From: Cyanophora paradoxa CCMP329
Taxonomy: Eukaryota; Plantae; Glaucophyta
Direction of reading: 5' to 3'
DNA length: 64,000 nt
NCBI GenBank assembly: GCA_004431415.1
Contig: QPMI01000083.1
Coordinates: 36,495-100,494 of the forward strand
Numbering within the stretch: position 1 is the first letter of the stretch; each line of letters begins with the position of its first letter. The notes under the pieces were generated by a model. It was not told the DNA's origin, ran no database searches, and worked only from the letters and a program-made list of their open reading frames with translations. Shown in pieces: positions 13,658 through 26,800 of this stretch. The translations under genes and the position numbers were made by a program.

Positions 13658-14680
13658 TGATACGACTTCACAAGCGCACGTCCTCGTGCGCTCAAGAGAG
13701 AGAAAAATATGTATAGTGAAGGGGGGGATTGGATCGTCACAACTACGTGGACTCAAGCCGGGGTCCATGATACGACTTCACAGGATGCGAGTCCGGTGGG
13801 GTCGAGTGAACAAAAATCCTCCCGGGACGCAAGCCGGGGGTCCATGATACGACTTCACAAGACGATAGGCTAGTGGAGTCGAGGGAAAGTGAGGTCCCAA
13901 CCTCAAGTCAGAGCGCTTATCTAGCCTACGCGCTCACCGACCGGGCGGCCTCCGAGATAAATGGGCATACCAACTAGTAGATACACACTAAAATCAGCCA
14001 ACAAGCCCGAGCTGCCCAAGCCGGGTTCCAAAAGACGAATCCATGAAAAGGGAAGACGTGCGGACTGCCGCCTGCGAGTGTACGTGGGAAGGCCGCCCGG
14101 GGGCCTGACGTGTACTCGCAGGGGTCGCTAGCGGCTCGAGGAAAAACCGGGCGAAAAAAACCTCGGCCGCGCCGCCATAATAGCCTGCCCTGAGGGCTCT
14201 CCGGTCCACGCTCGCAGCGTCGCCCCGATGGCACGCCGCCGTGCCCGGAGGGCCCTCCGCGTGCGCCCGCCACGTACGCCCGTCCGCCGTACCCGCCGAG
14301 GGTCTGACGCGCGTCGCGTGTGAGTGCGCTGCACGCGTGCGCGAAAGGGGCGTCCCCCTGAAAGAAAACGGAAAGAGTTGCGGCAGCACGCATTGCGCGT
14401 TCTAAGGAAACGGTAGCGGCGCTATCGCAGCGGAGCTTCGCGCGTCGCAACGACCTAATCCTATGCCGTTCGATCGCTAGCGAGCCTTTCGAGGCGGTGC
14501 CGCTGCGTGGGACTTCGGCCCTCTTCTCGGATATCGTCCGAAACGCGTGGGCCACGTGGCACGACACGGTCGGGAAGCCCGAGATTGGAGGGGCCTTAGG
14601 CGCGCCGTTCCCAAGGGCTATCGATTGCGAGGGTCGCGTACCCATCTCGACAATAATCCTCATGTACCGTAGGGGGCGCC

Positions 14681-17163
14681 TCACGCGCTTAAGCGTCCGG
14701 CGCCACCTCCGGGGCGCCCCGGAGGTGCCGGCGGTTGCTCTGGCCGCGGCGGACGTCCCTGCCGTCGTTTCCGTGCAACGTTTGCCGGTCTGTCACGGTA
14801 AGGGATCATCAAGTCGATGTGGACGATCAGCTCTTTCGTCCTTCTGTGCCGCTCTGACTCCGTCGTCGCCTTTACGGCGTACAGGTGCCCGTCCGAGAGC
14901 TCCCGTAAGACAACGAAGGGGCCGGTCCATCCGTTGTGGATGCCGCGTTTGAGGCCCTCGAACCAGCAGAGAACCTTCTCCCCCTTCCTGAACGAGCGCC
15001 GCAGCGGCTTGCCGCCATGGGCGCGCAGCAGCCGCTTGTTGTAGCGCTTGCGGTGCTCGGCTACTGCTGCCGCTCGACTCTCAGCCGCCCGTGCGAGCCC
15101 CGCCAAGCGGTCGTTTAGTAACGTCGGGTCCGTTGGCCGTTGCCGTTCGTCGGGGTCGAAACGCAGGTCGCCGGGGAGCGTGAGGTCGCGTCCGAAGTGA
15201 AGCACCGCGGGCGGGAAGCCCGTGGCTGCGTGGATGCCCGTGCGCATCGCGAGGAGAGCCTGGTGTACAAACTCCGTCCAGTGCCGGTTCGACTTGCCAG
15301 CCGCTTTGCAGAGCCCGTACACCAGTCGCTTGAACGTCTGTCCAGGCGCTCGGCGCCGCCATTCGTGGACTGATGGAACGCCGCTGCGCGAATGATGCGC
15401 GTGCCCTTGCTCTTCCAGAAGTTGTACCACTCCGACTGGATCAGCTGTGAGCCGTTGTCGATGAGGTAGCGCTGGACGACGCCGTGGTCGGCGAGCGCCT
15501 GTTCCGCGCAGCGACGCAGCGTCGACGCCTTCATGTCCGGGATCGGCTTCCCGTCGGGGTACTTGGAGTAAGCGTCGACGCTGACGAAGGCGCCGACCAT
15601 ACCGTCCACCGACAGGTCCAAGTACATGATGTCGGCTTGGTGCAGGTCGCCTGGGAAGTACGCCTCGAAGATCTTGCAGAGAACCTTTGGCCGCCGCCGC
15701 GCCTTCGCTCGTTGGCAGTGAGGGCACGACCGCACGTAGCGGTGTACCGACGACGTCATGCCATCCCACCAGAAGCGGCTGAAGATGCGCCTCGCGACGA
15801 TGTCCGCACCGCGGTGGGCCCAGTCGTCGTGGTACGCGGAGAGGATCATCTCCCGCAGCGTTTCCGGCACCACAACCAGGGAGCGCATGTCAGCCACCTG
15901 GGCTCGGAGCGACTCCGTCACCCGCAGCATGTCGATGTTAGCGCTGTTGTCGAACCGTGCCGCCAGCCCCTCCGTCGGGCTCGGCATCCACTCTCGCGTG
16001 CCCGTCGGTGAACCAGCAGTCTCGTGTCGGGGGCGTTTGTACGGCGTCGTGTCAAGGCCGGTCAGTTCGCGATCCTGTCGGCGGTTGTCGAAGACGTCCT
16101 CCGTCTCCTCGGCATGTGTCATGCGGACGGCACGCGCCGGGCCCCCTGTCTCCACGCTCGCCGGGGTGTCGCCTGCGAGTAGGGTGACTTGTTTCGACTT
16201 GCGCCTGATCTCCGGCTTTTCCAACCAATCTTGAGCCCGCTGGATGAAGGACGTCGTCGCGAGGCCCGGGTCGTTCGGAAAGGCGTTCTCGGTCGTCCGC
16301 TGGAGTTCCCGCAGCTGGGGCATCACCTTGTCGACCAAAAGGTCGAAGTTGGAACGCCGGCGGTCGGCATCGTCCCGGTAAACCTCCCAAGTGTCGTCGT
16401 GCTCACGTGCCCGGAGGTTAATCTGAGTCTCCAGCTTCTGTACGATGAGCGTTGGCGTCATCGATACGCCTGAGACTTGGAGCGCCTCCACCGTCAAGTC
16501 GAACTGGAGCCGCGGCGGGATCCCGTAGTACATCGTGTCCGCCCACGTCGCCAGGTTCCGTTTGTCACGTTCGTCGATGCGCGAGCGTGCGTACGTGCAG
16601 AAGTCCTCGTACGAGCGGATAGTTGTCGTCGGGATCATGTCCCGCGCCTGGAGGACCGTCGCCTCGAGAGCGTTGAGCTGCGCCTGCGCGTGGTCCTTCT
16701 GCTCCTGAGACTTCCCGGGGTCGGCCTTGAAGGCCTCCACCACCGCCTCCTGCGCCGCCCGTTTCGCCTCCGCTTGCGCGATGTACTTGTCAAAGTCCGC
16801 CTGTTGGGTCAGGCGGGTGCGGTACAAGTCCGTCTCCTCTGGAGAAAACAGTTGCGCCAGCTCCCGGAGCATCAGTGAGCCGCGGACGCGTTCGTCTGGC
16901 GTGGTCGGGTTGCCCGCGAAGAAAGGTTTACGGTTGACGATGCTGTCGAGCTGATCCAGCGTCCGCTTGACGTTCGCGTGCGTCATCGGGTAGCCGAACG
17001 TGTAAACGTTGCCTTCGTTGATCTTCAACAGCACCGGCTCCTCCTTCGGCTGGATCTGGCGAGCGTACTTCTGGTGCTGGGGCATCTCCTGCGACGCCGC
17101 GACCGCCGCAATCGCCGAGAAGTCGGAGACGCGGGCCAGGGCGGGCCGCGTGTGTCGGGACAT
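14681..17163 (-). pseudogene. Gag-like protein fused to a Gypsy-type integrase, with one frameshift near 15342
   Basis: HHCC zinc finger YHDDWAHRG..CPHCQ. DDE core LHQADIMY, LIDNGSQL, STNGGAERL. Continues in another frame as TFKRL..WTEFVHQALLAMRTGIHAATGFPPAVLHFGR and the GPY/F motif WTGPFVV. The helical N-terminal half is called Gag-like by position only. Confidence 0.85.
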
Positions 17164-18164
17164 GATGAAGTCGTGTAGACGTAAAGGTAGGAAAGGAGGA
17201 GTGGTAGTGTCAGTGAGGGTGTAAGTCGCGTGTCCCGCGTGTCAGTCCGTAGCCGCAGTCGTCGATCGTTGGCGTGCTAGGGGCCTGGAATCGCTGTAAA
17301 TTTCGGCAGAGTCTCCCCCTTCAAGCGCCCGTGGTATGCGCGGCGCTGAAGCGGGCGTCGTGGCGGTCGTGGTCGAGGTCGGTTCCTCCGAGGAGTCGCG
17401 ACGGTCGGCCGTTGACTGGAGTCGCCAGAGTGTCTGTGCCGAAAATTTTGACAGAGTCTCCCCCTTCGAGGAGTCGAGACGTGCGCGGCGCTGAGGCGGG
17501 CGTCGTGGCGGGGTGTGGTCGATGTTGCCGTTATCGACCGTTACTCCGTTCTTGTCCGTGATGACGCACGCGCCGCCGGTGTCCGTATACTGTATGTAAA
17601 AACGTGTCCGGTAAGCTCCCGGTGTGCGCTAGGCACTTGCCGCGGCAAGATTCAACCTTGGCTCTTGGCGATGGTCGGCAGGCCCGAGATGCTGGCGTGC
17701 TTTGGGCGAGCCCGAGCACGCGGCTTCTCGTTGCGCTATCCGGCGACTGCTTCGGGACGAACCCTCGCAGCGAGCCAGTTGATCGCTAGGCCTGGAGCTT
17801 GCGGAACCGCGGTCGCTTCGGGGCGAACCCTAAGCGGCGCGAAGCGCGGGCTCCCACCGTGTGCGAACGGTGTCCGGTGTGCTTGCCAGCAGCTGCGTCG
17901 GCGGGACGGTTGCGCGAGCGCGACGTCCGGGCCGATGCTGCTCCTTGTCCGCCGGACCGACCGCGCGAGCGAATCGGCCAGCTCCGGAGCTGCCGTTGGG
18001 TTGCAAGCTGACGATCCAATCCCCCTCGTAGTCACTAGCCGGCAGGATGGGCGAGTTGCCCGTTGCGCTGCGATCTCCACGTAGACCACACGGCTACCAC
18101 CGACCCGGCCAGAGCAGCTAGGCTAGCTGTCCGGCACGGAGTGCGCGTGGCGTCCGGCGAGGGA

Positions 18165-18274
18165 TGTTGCCAGCATAGTTTAGCTGGGGACTGGTATCAT
18201 TGGGGTACAGGTACAGACTGGGGGTACAGGTCTACAGGGACTTGGAATAATGGCAGTATATGCTCACTGCAATA
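18165..18274. repeat. Right LTR (110 bp)
   Basis: Identical to 13548-13657. Confidence 0.95.
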
Positions 18275-18820
18275 CTAGATCTGCAGTACAGCATAGCGAA
18301 CGAATGCGTGTGTTGTAACCGTGGCTTCTAATTATAAGCTAGCGTATGTAGTTCTCGGGTCTCGGCGTTTCCTTTCCTGAGCTTCGCGATCGAGGTTCTT
18401 TTCACGAGGTTCCTTCGAGGCTCCTTTTTCCCGAGAATGCAGATGTAGACAATTCTATTCTGCCCTTGCGGGCGCCGACGGAGGCGAGAATAGTGTGTAT
18501 TAATATTTAGAGCCCATAATTAAATATGTGCGTCTACTACGAAACATTCTTCGAGGAACAATACCGTCGAATTCAAGCTCGCAATTGGTCTGAAGAAGTG
18601 CAATTCAACTGCAACGATCGGGCGAGCTTTCCCGCGGAGTTCCGACGTCGACGACGGCAGGCGAGGCACATGCGCATCCGCGATCGAAATCGAATTCATC
18701 TGCACATGCATATGCCCAGCCTAGGCCTAGGGCTCGGCCCAGCCGAGCCATGCCTGCCTCCCGGGACTTCACCGGTACCCGTGACCCCCCTCCCTCAATC
18801 GCAGCTGCCGAAATAACAAA

Positions 18821-18903
18821 TTATAAGCCTGCACATGCCGCTGCACATTTATAAGCCTGCACATGCCGCTGCAGATTTATAAGCCTGCACATGCCGCTGC
18901 ACA
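18821..18903. repeat. 28-bp tandem repeat, three copies (TTATAAGCCTGCACATGCCGCTGCA(C/G)AT)
   Basis: Copies start at 18821, 18849 and 18877. Confidence 0.9.
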
Positions 18904-20011
18904 GGAGTGATCGCGTATTTATTTCAAGCGATATATCGATACGAGGTTCCACATTCTATTCTAGATCTAATCATGAGTCATGACTCGAGGGAAACCGGGT
19001 ACGTATACGGGGCGACAGAGCCGCTAAGCCTTGGCGCGACCTGGCAGCTTTTTGAACACCAGGTGCTCCAGGGCCGGCCAGCCAAACGGATCCGCTGTGA
19101 TGTAGTACCACCCGGCTCGGCACGGCGTCTGCCGCAGTGCACGTGCGCTCGCGATAATTACTTTATAATTACGCCGCCGAAATCAAATAGCGACAGGATC
19201 GCGCACGGATCCGCCGACGAGCTCGAAGTACTGCCCGTCCGCCATCCAGAAGAACAGCCGCGGCTGCGAAAGCGCTCCCTTTAAATTCTTGAATTTTAAG
19301 TCCGCAGCCGCCTGCTCAAGAAGTTGCGTCCGCCAATTGCCATATGCATGCACTTCGTTTCCGGCAATCGTTTGAAATTGCAGAACGATCCGAACGGGCC
19401 CTGCGAACGCAGAAATTCGGTGACGGTGGGGCTGAACGTCAACGGGTGGCCTGTCAGTCAGAACTACTCAACGAGCCTGTCAGTGTGGTCAGACCGACGT
19501 AGTCTCGGCAGTCCCCAATCACGCTGACTTCCACGCGCTCGTGCTTTATGTTCATTTGCGATATCGACTGAGCGACTGATCATGACTGAGCGACAGGGTC
19601 CGATCTGACGGCCGAAAGTTTGGTCGAGAATTCGGTTTTCCAAGTTCAGTCGAGACTTCTCTTAGAGTTTCTCCTATATTCATGATTCTTCTTTTTCTCC
19701 TTTGAGTAGGATCCTGGAGGGACGAGACTGCGAGTAGAATCCGGCTAGAATACTGGGCTGCCCCCTCCGAGGCTCCCCTTCCCGACATGAATATTGCCAG
19801 TTCGAATATTCCATGATTACTAGATTAGGGTATTAGAGATCTAGATTACTTCCGAAGTTCCATGAATTACTTCCGAAGTTCCATGAATTACTTCCATGAT
19901 TACTTCTAGATCTAGATCTAGATCTTAGATTACTTCCATGAACATTACCAGTTCGAATTCCAGGCCTGAGGCCCTGATCGTGATCATGAGGCCCCTGAGG
20001 AGTTCCGCCCG

Positions 20012-20228
20012 GCCTACACCTCGCCGAGTCGATTGCGTAGGCGAGGCTTGCGTGGCTGCGGCGCCCGGCCGTCTAGATCTGCCGGGGGCGAGTGCCGTCG
20101 CGATCGGCACGGGCGCCGACCTCGACGGGGGCGGGGGGTCCGAGTCGCAAGGCGCCATGCATACGGCCATGGGCGGGGGCGGGGGCGGCCGCCGCCGAGG
20201 GCCGCGGAATTCGGAGGTCCAGGCGCCG
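20012..20228 (-). repeat. Degenerate duplicate of the 3' end of the histidine kinase gene
   Basis: Shares blocks GCCTACACCTCG, AGGCGAGGCTTGC, GTCGCGATCGGCACGGGCGCCGACCTCGAC and TCCGAGTCGC, in order, with 20705-20930. Confidence 0.8.
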
Positions 20229-20705
20229 TATAAACTCAGAGTACCGTATAAACTCAGACTCTTGAGACACATATTATGATAGAAAATTCACGAGTACAAG
20301 CTAAAGATCACTGGATCTAGATCTAGCTATGGATCATGATCACAGTATCATGGTATCAAAACTGGCAAGGACATCGACAATCACAGCCTGGCAGCAGAAA
20401 GCATGTGCATACACATGGCGTATTGGTATCAGGCGCATAGGATAACGTAGACTACATACCCGCAGACTGCAGGTGTTCCAAAGCTTAAGTTCCAGCTTGA
20501 CGTTTGGATCCTGCATATGCATGTGCGGTAAAGCGCTGGGCCATTGAAATAATAAAACGAAAATCACCCACTTCCCGGGTCCCGCTAAAAGAATGTACGC
20601 ATACAGCTAATTAAAAGACTAAATTACTAGGGTGGGCATCGAAAGAATGAAACAATTGCAATGATACTAATCAGAATTCCGGGAGTCCCGCCCGAGGGGG
20701 GGCGC

Positions 20706-23700
20706 CTACACCTCGATCACGAAGGCGAGGCTTGCCGGGCTGCGGCCGTCTGCCGGGGCGAGGGCCGCCGTCGCGATCGGCACGGGCGCCGACCTCGACC
20801 GGGGCGGGGCCGGGGGTTCCGAGTCGCGATCGCGATCGCGATCGGTTGCAAGGGCGCCATCGCCTTGGGCGGCGGCGGGGGCGACCGCTGCCGAGCTCGA
20901 AGGCCGCGAAATGCGGAGGCCCAGGCCCAGGCGCGCGTGCACTATCGCGAGGAGGGATTCGATCTGGAGCGGCTTGGCGTGGAAGTCGTCCATCCCGGCC
21001 GCCGCGCACGCCTCGCGGTCCTCCCGCGTGCAGTTCGCGGAGAGCGCAACGATGGGCAGCGGCCCCGGCGGCAGCGTGCCGTCCGCCTCCAGGCGGCGGA
21101 TCTCCTCCGCCGCCCCGAGCCCGTCCAGCACCGGCATTTGCACGTCCTGCACATAAAATTGAAGAAAGAAAGAAAGGACCGTCAGAATTAAGAAGAAGAA
21201 GAAGATGGGGAAGCTTATATAAATTAAAGGGCGGCGTGCCATGAGGCAGAGGTGGAAGGGGTCGGAGCGCTGGTCCCGTAGGAGGGCGTCGACGGCCTGG
21301 CGCCCGTCGTGGACGATGCGGAAGCGGCAGCCCGTCCTCGAGAGCAGCTTGGTGAGGACGAGGCAGTTGAACGCGTTGTCCTCCGCGCCTAACGGAGCGC
21401 GGAGGGTGTGAGAATGAGAAATCAAAGATCTAGATCTAGAAGTCAAAACCCATGGATTTCAAGCGCTCACACAAAATGTTCGCCTCCTCGATTCGCGTGG
21501 GACGCGTGTGCGTGCGCAGAGCCGACGGCGCCGCGGCCGGCGCCGGCGGGGCGCGTTCGGAATTGAGGGGCGGGGAGGGCTCGAGCTGGAGGTCCAGGGT
21601 CCGCAGGCGGGACGGCGGGGGCTGGGGCGCGGCCGCCGCCGGTGCCACAGGCGCGGGTGCGGCCGTGGGCTTGCAGTCGGCCACGGGGGGCTCGAGCTCG
21701 ACGCTGAGGCGGGCCCCGGCCCCGGCCCCGGCCCAGATCCCGGGGCCGCGGCTGGCGGGGCTGAGAGGCTCGCGATCGATATCGATGCCGGCCAAGTGCG
21801 CCACGAGTGACTCGGCCTCAGCCCCGCGGACCGGCGTCGTCAGCGGGGGCGGGCCCCCGGGCGGGCAGCGCTCCTTTGCGTCCCGTCTGCGGCCGCGGGG
21901 CCACACCACGACGAGGGGTACGGGCTCTCTCCGGTGGGGCGCGGGGGGGAGGCACCCCAGCCCCACGAGCCCGGCCCCGCGCGCCTCAGCGAGCGAGACC
22001 ACCGCGACCGTCCTGTACCCCCCCTCGAACTTGGCGTCGTCCGCGTCGCAGATCTCGCCATCGGCCGCCGCGAAGGAGGGGTACACGGCGAGGCCGGCCC
22101 GGGGCAGCCGCAACCGGGCGCAGGCGGATTCGAGCCCCTCGGAGACGGACCGAGCGAAGGCGGGGGCGCCGACCACCGCGAAGCGCAGCGCGGGCCCCGG
22201 GACAGGGACGCCGACCGTCGCCGCCTTCGACACCGCCGCCCCTCCCGCAGCGTCGCTCGCGATCGCGATCGCGACGTGCATCGGGATCGCGAAGTGAAAC
22301 CTGATCGTGAGGTGCACGTGGGTGCGGTAAGACCGGGGTGCGGCGCTCAGATTCGCGGAGAGGGGTACGGCGGACCTCGAGCCCTTGTCGGGTTCGCTTT
22401 CGACTTGGATGGAGCCGCCGAGCTCGCGGACGATCGCTGCAGAGAGCGCCAGGCCAATTCCTGCCCCGGAGACCGTCATGATCATACAAGGCTGGGCCAG
22501 GCCGAAGCTCAATGGCAGAAGAAGCTTATACAATTAAGAAGCTTAAGGCAGAAGAAGCTTAAGAAGCTCAACAAGCTTAGTTAATCATGTATCTTGACAC
22601 AGGCAGAAGCCTAAGCTGAAGCTGAAGCGCCTCCGGGCCCGGCCGCGGGGCGCCAGCGGCCGGGCCCGGATCCCCGCGGGCCGTCGGGGCCGGAGACGGC
22701 TCTCGCGATCGCAGGCTCAAAGCTTGCTCGGGCGATTCAAGGGCAGAGCTGCGGCCGCGGGGGCCGCGGGGCAGCGCTGGCGATGGCGCCGTAAGTTTGT
22801 CCTCATTCGCGATCGACGGCGGCGCCGGCGCTGCGCAGATGCCACGTGCAACCGGTCACGATCGAAATCGTATACGTAGTGCTCGGCGGCCGGGCAGCGC
22901 GAGATCCAAATTAAAGCGGGAAGGCGCAGGCGCACCGGGGGTGACCCGCGCTGCCACGTGCACGGCTGGCTCCGGCGCCCTTGCATCACGGCGACCGCTC
23001 TGGCTCGAAATGGACGTCGACGGCGGCGGCGGCGGCGGGGGCGGCGGCCCCGGCAGGCTCGCGGCGACCCGGGGGCCGGAGAGAAGGCGACCGAACGAGG
23101 GGTGGCGGATCTGGAGGGACGAGCGGCGCCCGACGGCGGGGTACCGGTTCGCCCCGGTGCCGGCACCGGCGTCGGGCTCGGCCTCGGGTTCGGGGCGGGC
23201 CGGCGCAGGGCGCCCGGTCAGGCGAATCTCGACGAGGACCGTTCCCCCGCCCTTGCTGAACTTGATCGCGTTCGAGGCGAGGTTAATCTGTTTCCCCGTC
23301 CAACGTTAACCCGCCGGCCTCGAAGGGGGGGGAGGGGGGGGGGAGGGGTGGGGGGGGGGAGGAGCGGACCAAGACCTGTCGAAGGCGCACAGGATCTCCC
23401 GCGATGCGCTCAGGCACTTCAGGTGAGGTCTGAGTGAGCAGCTCGACCCCTGCCCAGCCCAGCCCCCGCCGGTCAGTTTGGGGCGGGAGGGGAAGGGGGG
23501 AGAGGGGGGGAGGGGGGGGGGGGAAGTGGGGTGGCGGACCCTGCTGCTGGGCGGCCATGACGAGGAGGTCGGCCGAGTCCTCGAGGCAGCGCCGCAGCTC
23601 GAACTCGGTCTCCTCCAGCACCAGCTTGCCCGACTGCACCTTCTCCCAGTCCAGGATGTTGCTGATGATCTCGACGAGCGACTCGCCGGCCTTGGCGATC

Positions 23701-23851
23701 AGCTCGGCGAACTCGAGCTGCTCCGACGTGAGGCCCGTGTCCCGCAGCAGCGCCGCGCACCCGACGATTCCCTGGCGCCGGCGCCCCCACAGCAGATTCA
23801 AATACGCTCCGGATCCGCGGCCGACGGCACGGGCCGCGGGGGCGGGGCGGA

Positions 23852-23886
<35 letters not shown>

Positions 23887-26800
23887 CGGACGAACTCGGA
23901 GCGGAGGGCGTTTAGGGTACGGGCCTCATGGTAGTGGTGGGCGAGCCCGAGCACGATCGAGTCGTAAAATATCGATTCGATCTCCGCCAGCTCCTTCAGC
24001 TGCAGGGCGCGGAGGGCGCTCGAGCCCCGGAGCCACGCCCGCCGCAGCGCGCCCAGGTGACGGTGCCGCCGGGGCGACGAGGGGCCGCTGACGCCGCCGC
24101 CGCGGAACCCACCCTCCTCGTCGGTCGCGGGGGAGAGACGCCGCCGGCTCCCGCTGGGGCGGGCCCAGTCCCCAAGGCCCGAGCCCAAGTCCGCGTTCCG
24201 GAGCCGAGCCATCTGCGCCCCCGGGCGAAGTCGGATATTCAGATCAGATCAGGTCAGATCCAGATCTCGCGTGACTCACGCGGGAGGACAGGCTAGAGAG
24301 GCGGCGGGTGACGTTGTGCGAGACCGCAACGCCCGCGAAGGCCCCCACCAGCTGCGCGATCGCGATCGTCGCGATCGTCGCGATCGTCGCGATCGAGATC
24401 GCGATCGCGAGCGGCACACCGTCACGGCGATGGCGATGGCCGCCGACGCGGCGAAGGCCTCCGCGGAGCGCGGCGTGAAGGACCTCTGGGGGGTACAGCT
24501 TCGAAACGGGGGGAGGGGGGGGCGGGGGGAATGGGAGGGGGGGGGGGCGGGGGCGCACGAGGGGAACCGCCGTGCAGACGACCTGTTCAGGCAGGTGCGC
24601 GTGAGCGGCCGCGCCCCCCGGTGGGGTGGAGGGGTGGGGGGGGGAGGGGGGTACGCGTGCCCAGTCGATTCCGAGGTAGGACAGGTCCGCGGCCTGGAGA
24701 AGGAGTCCCTCGCCCAGCCAGCGCCGCGCGCTCAGGATGTTCAGCGTCGCCTGGGTGCAGCACATGTATGTGTAAGCGAAGAGGCGAAAAGGGAAGGGGG
24801 GGGGGGGCAGATGCCTGCTGGGGTACGCTGGAGAAGGAGCCGTACTCGGCGAGCAGGCGGGCGGCGGCGGCGCGGATCGTGGCGTCCACGAGGGGGTCTC
24901 CAGGCTCCAGCCGCCGGTCTGGCGTGAACCGTCCGTCCACATCGCTCAGAGCTGCGAGCGCGGGCGCCGGCGACGGCGCCGGCGTGAGGCGCCCCGACAG
25001 GCGAAGCCCTACCAGGCTATATATAGCTATAAAATAACGTACCCTGGCGATCGATGGAGGGACCGCGCGACGCCGCTACGAGGAGTCCCGTGCGCCGCTC
25101 GACGATGAACGAAACGGCGCCCATTTCGGCGTACGCCATCTGAGCGGGGGTACCGATTTAATTGAGCAAAGGCCTCCGGGGCGGTGCGGTCGCGGGGTAG
25201 CTATATTTAGACCGGGTGCAGGGGTACGCACTGATTTCAGAAAGGCTTCGAGCCCGTCCAGGAAAAAGGTGGAGGCCTGCGGGCAAAAAAGCTCTCACGC
25301 GGGCGCCGGCGGCGGCGGGCCGAGGAGCAAGAGATTGATGGATAGCCCAGCTGCTACTTAGATTCCAGCCTAGTAGGTCTGTAGGCGAAAGAAGGGCATG
25401 TGGGGGTAGGAGGGGGGGTAGGGGGATTGCGCGCCATCACGCCAACTTGCTTCCCCTCCGAGTTGACGAGGGGCTGGCTCGCCGACACGCCGAAATCGTT
25501 TGACGTCAGGAAATCTGTCGTGATCATCGGATCGCGATCAGAGGCGTCGGAGTCGGCCGGCGGGTGCGGCAGAACGCGGGGAAAAGGGAGGCGGATCGAT
25601 ATCCGGAGGGGTGCCACGGCGTGCAACTGCAAGACGCACAAAGGGTGCTCCAGCCGAAAGAGTTGACTCCGGGCCCCCACCAGGGCCTGTCCATCGGATT
25701 GTAGTCCTTGTTGATTATCAATGGATCTCCTGCGTACGCATGCCATGCCTAGGCTCGGATCCGGGCAGGAGTGCACATGGCGAGGGCCGGCATGCGCAGG
25801 CAGATCTAATTTTGTAAGATCGGATCCGAGGCGAACCGCTTCCGGGCTTGCCGTTGACGTCCACGTCGTACCTACGCGAGCGCGCGCGCCGTCGGGTTTA
25901 AATCCAGTGTGCCGTCGCTGACGGCGGCGCGCGCAGGCGCTGGTGGAGGCGCCCGGCGGAGGGGGATACGTATACCGTACCAGTAGAGGTCGGGCCCGGT
26001 CCAACTGTCCTTGATGATGAAGTTCCTGCGCAACCGCGCTCAGATCTCGAGGCAAAGACACGAAATAGGAGCTGAAGTTTTCTACATAAGGGTATGGGAA
26101 GGGGTTGGGGTGGGGCGTTATTAATTAGAAGGGGGTGGGGAAGCTTAAGGGGCCGGGAGGGTGGGGGGAAGGGGGTGGGGTGTTGCGGAGAGGGGGGGGG
26201 GGGCGGAGGGGGAAGGATGGATTCCGATGGAAGGGGCCGGGGGGGTGGGTGGGGGGGGGAGAGGGGGGGTGGTAATCGGGCATGCCACTCAGTGTTATTG
26301 AAAGCGGCGTCTTTGGCGCGTCCGCGTCGGTGAGGGCGGTTGTACCCCACAAAGCTGCGCCCGTCAAATTACAACTTCTGAGATCTAAATCTGGCGGGAA
26401 ACGCGGAGTATATATATGCGGACCGCCCGTCGTTCAGGCCGACCCAGAAGCTGGAGAGGGCCTGTGAGGGCAGAAGGGGCTCGAAGGCCCTCAGCCTCGC
26501 CCATATGAGCGCCGCCGCGTCTGCGGGCAGCCGCCGAAGGGAGAGCAGGGAGGATGCGTCGGCACGAGAGGGGTACGGGCGCGTGCGCATGCCACCCGGA
26601 GAGGAAATTACAAGCGGACCCTCTCGGAGGTCAGTGATGCCAACGTGCGGCTCTCGAAACGCAAGGTCCACGAATGCGTTCACTGCCGCCCGACCGAAAA
26701 TATGCAAATGCATTATAAATTAATTGTAATGCGTGCTTATAATGAAGGCTGTGGCCGCTGGGCCGCGGCCGGCCGCGGAGCTTTAAAGCTTGCGCACTGG

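Larger units (their letters stand above)
13548..18274 (-). mobile_element. 4,727-bp LTR element (Gypsy-type integrase, no RT, RNase H or protease) with a 4-bp TSD CTAG
   Basis: Identical 110-bp direct repeats at both ends with TGTTGC...GCAATA termini. CTAG at 13544-13547 and 18275-18278. Internal Gag-like/integrase ORF on the minus strand. Confidence 0.92.

Noticed and set aside
13548-18274. Ginger-type DNA transposon (Gypsy-like integrase, 4-bp TSD)
   Set aside because: The ends are 110-bp direct repeats rather than long terminal inverted repeats, which fits an LTR element.
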